A stretch of 63,191 nt of DNA, the filler included, from Coriobacteriales bacterium (GTDB lineage: Bacteria; Actinomycetota; Coriobacteriia; Coriobacteriales; UBA8131): assembly GCA_031263105.1 (NCBI GenBank). It is 6 parts of 6 records of this genome, joined end to end, with 100 filler letters (N's around TTAATTAATTAA, not from the genome) between each part and the next. Parts side by side here need not be neighbours in the genome. Positions count along the whole stretch, not along the records: positions 53,276 to 63,191 come from JAISGJ010000092.1; 5 more parts are not named here. One strand, written 5' to 3'. Of the stretch, positions 59,663-63,191 are shown piece after piece; positions within the stretch are counted from its first letter, which is position 1; every line of letters begins with the position of its first letter. Below the pieces are notes generated by a model, which had not been told where the DNA came from, made no database searches, and saw only the letters and a program-made list of their open reading frames with translations. The position numbers and the translations under genes are program-made.

Positions 59663-60184
59663 TCAGTGCCAGGTGCCATACTGCTCGAGGTTGCTGCGCA
59701 GCACGTCCTGCTGCGCAAACTCCTTCCATACATACTCGGTCAATTTGACGGAGGCGGTCTTGGCTTCCACCAAGAAGCTCTCCTGCATTTTCCCGTAGGA
59801 GAACTCGATGTCCGAGTAGGGCGCGTAACGCAAGGTTCCGTGCTTGCTGTCCCAGAACCCGATGCCGGTGTCGTAGATGTTCAGCGTGTCGAAGGTTTGC
59901 TTTCTCACGACCGCAAGAACCGTACCGACCACAAGGGGAACGGCAAAGACCCATACTCCATGTATGACGAAATCGACCACGGCCGTAGCCCAGTCTATCG
60001 TCACCGTGTCCAAGTCTACCGCCATCGCGCCACCGAACTGCACCATCGCCTGCTGAGCGGCGGGGAGCCTCGTTACGCCAACAAACACCAGAAAAGCCAT
60101 CCAATACGAAATGACAACCGTGAGCCTCCCCTTCACACTATAATCCGAAGTCAGCTCATGCGTTGATACCAAGGATTTGTTCAT
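59663..60184 (-). CDS. Hypothetical membrane protein
   Basis: Two hydrophobic segments; GGAGGGAG RBS before ATG 60184. Confidence 0.6.
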   Translation of the reverse strand: MNKSLVSTHELTSDYSVKGRLTVVISYWMAFLVFVGVTRLPAAQQAMVQFGGAMAVDLDTVTIDWATAVVDFVIHGVWVFAVPLVVGTVLAVVRKQTFDTLNIYDTGIGFWDSKHGTLRYAPYSDIEFSYGKMQESFLVEAKTASVKLTEYVWKEFAQQDVLRSNLEQYGTWH

Positions 60185-60274
60185 GTTCGGACTCCCTCCA
60201 AGCAGTATTATGATATAAAACGCATCGCAATTCAACAAGAACCCAGAGTCAACGAAAGGTGCTTCGGACACGTG

Positions 60275-60410
60275 GTTACACCCCACTGTCATTCCGAACT
60301 CCGCCGAGGAATCTTTGGACACGCAGTGTCCAACGGCAGGCCAGGGGGCCCTTCGACCTGCGGTCGGCCGCTGGCGCGGCCGAGGATCCCTCGGCAGGCT
60401 CGGGATGACA
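60275..60410. mobile_element. MITE core lacking complete termini
   Basis: Core near-identical to that of 1555-1716. Confidence 0.82.
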
Positions 60411-60719
60411 GATATCGATATCAATAGCTGTGTTCCCCTCTTTGAAGACAAGGGCGGACCATCCCCGACGGGCGGCAGGTGATGAGCATCCTTCTCTCTG
60501 CATTTCAAGCCACTAGTAGACCGTTCGGCAAATAACTGGTCATTACGGGCGAGCATATTCTTTGCCAGGCAAGGCGGAGAAGCGCGGCACTGCTTGCAGT
60601 AACGGCGTGCTTCTCCAACGCAGCATGGCAGAGAACAGGTCGTCCGGAATGGCCAGTTATTTGCCGAACGGTCTACTAGAAAGCGTAAAGAAGAATTTAT
60701 TAAAGAGCGGTGCAAGTTT

Positions 60720-61088
60720 TTGCGCTTCTTCGCAATCCTCCTGCTTATTGTCATCATTGTGGCGTGCGTTTTCCTTCGTGTGCAAGAGCCTTTTGCCTAT
60801 GGAGGGATTGCGTTTCTCTACCTGCTCGCCCTGACATTCAGCGTGAGGGGGATGAACAGGGACTATAGATTGACCCCTCTGTGCGTCAAAATCGAAGGGA
60901 ACGGCATAGACATACAGTACGAGCGCTCACATCTTCAAATAGCATCGGATGACATAGAGTACGTTGAATGGTTCTGTGTGAGCCAACACCCGAAAGCTGG
61001 CTTCGACTATAGTCGGGTGCTACCAAATCGAGCTGCAGCATCACGTCCCCTTCGAGTGGGTGAACGACAGCCATGTGCCTTTCTTTGA
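60720..61088 (+). CDS. Hypothetical membrane protein or fragment
   Basis: Two hydrophobic segments; start uncertain. Confidence 0.35.
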   Translation: MRFFAILLLIVIIVACVFLRVQEPFAYGGIAFLYLLALTFSVRGMNRDYRLTPLCVKIEGNGIDIQYERSHLQIASDDIEYVEWFCVSQHPKAGFDYSRVLPNRAAASRPLRVGERQPCAFL

Positions 61089-61110
61089 ATCAATGATATG
61101 GTGAGTGCCC

Positions 61111-61702
61111 CTATTCATGTAAGGGCGATGGTACGCTCAAATGCCTGGCCTCCTTCGTGGACGAGGAGTTGTACCGTACCAGGCTTTCCCAGTCGATCGA
61201 CCCGTCCTCATTGCAAAACCTGACCGTGAACTCCCTTACCAGACGGTTGCAGGCACTTTGATAGGCCGTCTCCAAGTCCTCAACATACTTCTCTGGCAAT
61301 GCCCCCATGTGCCTGATGATCTTGAGGTAGAACTCGCTGTCTCCTGTCAGCTCGTACCAAAAGTCCTGCCCGGCCAGTTCGCTGTATACACGGGGCTTTC
61401 CTCTGGACGACTCCTTCTTCCTCCCATAGCTGTAACCGATTATGGGGACGAAGACCTGATGGGCCTGTTGGGCCAAAAATGGTCTCTTCTGACGACGACA
61501 GGAACGCAGACATGATGGCGTCGATAATCTGCGAAGCCCCGTTCATCGCTTTCGCTCTGAACAGGTAGGGGTTCTTCCGTTTTGCGATGGTCTGCAAATC
61601 GATTTCATCCATTTTCTTGATCAGGGCCCCGTAGAAATCCTCAAGCCCCTTCGCTATGGCTTGAACGACCCTCTCTTCGTCATAACCGCTATTGACCGGC
61701 AC
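61111..61702 (-). pseudogene. Type II restriction endonuclease (PmeII/EcoO109I-like) with internal deletion and frameshift
   Basis: N-part KRKNPYLFRAK...SSSEETIFG joined out of frame to LAQQAHQVFVPIIGYSYG...AGQDFWYELTGD. Confidence 0.75.
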
Positions 61703-61715
61703 AGCCTTCCCCTCT

Positions 61716-62846
61716 CTACGCAAGCGCCCGTTGGATTCTCCTGTGGACGGCTGTTCCTCGGATCCGCTTTGTCTCAACGTTGGCGGTCTTTTCTGCAACT
61801 GAGACCAGCATGCTTCCCAATGCCGCCCCGAGCCCTAGCGGCACGGCGTTCCCGATTTGCCTGTACTGGCTCGCCGTCGAGCCCTCGAATACCCACTCGT
61901 CGGGGAACTGCTGGATGCGGGCATACTCCGACACGCTCAGGGGGCGATCCTTGGTCGGGTGGCAGAGCATCGACGCCTTTTGGACCGGAGAGGTCACCAG
62001 CGTCGGGGAGGGCTGGCTGTACGACAGGCGACGGAAGAAGCCGACCTTCCCTCCCCCAGAAAGATAGGCGCCGCCCATGGCCTCGGGCTTGACGCGGTCG
62101 GGGAGGCTGCGCCAGTTCCCGCCCTCGGGCACGGCACGCAGGTACTTCAGCCGCTCGGGACTGAACGAGTCGCAGGGCCCGGGCGCGTCCTCCAGGTCGC
62201 CGATGGCGTCTCTGAGGACAAGCCACCTGTGCCCCTTGCTCTGATGGAGCTGGAAGTGGGTCGGCATGGGGATAAAGACGTCCTCCTTGTCCCTGCTGCC
62301 GATGATGATGAAGCGCTCCCTGAACTGAGGCACTCCGTAATTCACGGCATCGACGACACCGTGAATCGTGCGGTACCCCAGGTTCGAGAACTCGGAAAGG
62401 ACGACCTGCAGGGCGGAGCCCTTCTTGGAGTCCTTGCTGCTTGGGTCGAGTTTTGAGGAGACGAGGCCCTTCACGTTCTCCATTATGAAGAAGCGGGGCT
62501 TGATCCGGTCTACCATCCGCACATAATCCATGAACAGGCTGCCTCGTGGATCGTTGATCCCCAGCCGCTTTCCTGCCGTGGAAAACGGCTGGCACGGCGG
62601 CACGGCGCACACAAGGAACGGCTCCTCCGGGCTCATCCCCGCTGCATCCAGAATTGCCTGGGCATCCAGATCCTGAATGCTGCCGCCCACGGCCTTGCGC
62701 CCGTTGGCCTCGATGGTCCTCACACAGTCGTTATCGAAGTCCTGCCCCACGACAACGTCGATGCCGGCCTTCTCAAGGCCCAGGTCAAGCCCCATCGCGC
62801 CGGAAAAGAGCGAGATGGCCTTCCTGTTTGTATCTCCGACGAGCAC
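61716..62846 (-). CDS. C5 cytosine DNA methyltransferase
   Basis: LFSGAMG, PPCQPFS, ENVKG, PQFRER and QIGNAVP motifs; GTG start inferred. Confidence 0.93.
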   Translation of the reverse strand: MLVGDTNRKAISLFSGAMGLDLGLEKAGIDVVVGQDFDNDCVRTIEANGRKAVGGSIQDLDAQAILDAAGMSPEEPFLVCAVPPCQPFSTAGKRLGINDPRGSLFMDYVRMVDRIKPRFFIMENVKGLVSSKLDPSSKDSKKGSALQVVLSEFSNLGYRTIHGVVDAVNYGVPQFRERFIIIGSRDKEDVFIPMPTHFQLHQSKGHRWLVLRDAIGDLEDAPGPCDSFSPERLKYLRAVPEGGNWRSLPDRVKPEAMGGAYLSGGGKVGFFRRLSYSQPSPTLVTSPVQKASMLCHPTKDRPLSVSEYARIQQFPDEWVFEGSTASQYRQIGNAVPLGLGAALGSMLVSVAEKTANVETKRIRGTAVHRRIQRALA

Positions 62847-62955
62847 TGCGGGTCCTTTCCGACATGAGCTTTTTCGCTGTGCGTCAATAGTACCATGCCT
62901 CGCATCGGATTCTCCCCGACGAAGCCCCCGTCCCAGTAGAGCCTGTTGTGCGGGA

Positions 62956-63097
62956 GTCACAGTTCACGCCCCACTGTCATCCCGAGCGCCCCCGGGCATC
63001 GGGGGGCGCCACGGTCATCGCGAGCCCCGACGGGCACGCCGGGCCCCCCCGGGCTCCCCGCGCGGGCTCGGGATGACCGTGGGGCGTGAACTGGGAC
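62956..63097. mobile_element. Degenerate MITE at the centre of a long fold-back
   Basis: GTCACAGTTCACGCCCCACTGTCATCCCGAGC...GCTCGGGATGACCGTGGGGCGTGAACTGGGAC. Confidence 0.7.
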
Positions 63098-63191
63098 TCC
63101 CGCACAACAGGCTCTACTGGGACGGGGGCTTCGTCGGGGAGAATCCGATGCGAGGCATGGTACTATTGACGCACAGCGAAAAAGCTCATGT

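Overview
63-kb window from a high-GC monoderm, most likely a Coriobacteriia (Eggerthellaceae-like) draft genome or MAG. That assignment is inferred from the multi-TM LuxR regulators, the Tat-exported flavocytochrome-type oxidoreductase and the TorD chaperone. It is not one locus: six contigs are joined by artificial 100-nt N/TTAATTAATTAA linkers. Housekeeping genes include rnd, xseAB, HIT, ackA, nth, ppaC, pheST, galU, tig and feoAB. There are also transporters (iron/B12-type ABC, ECF, RND, P1B ATPase), tRNA-Arg(ACG) and tRNA-Glu(TTC) each followed by accessory DNA, two candidate toxin-antitoxin pairs, and a type II RM locus whose nuclease has an internal deletion. The most striking signal is non-coding. 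About 14-15 copies of a MITE-like family are present, with GTTACnGnTCAC...GTGAnCnGTAAC ends, exact 8-bp target duplications in three copies and a REP-like hairpin core. Some copies amplify an 18-bp subterminal unit, and some host nested secondary repeats. One copy has knocked out an ICE-type gene, and one nested ~60-bp repeat also sits in frame inside pheT.
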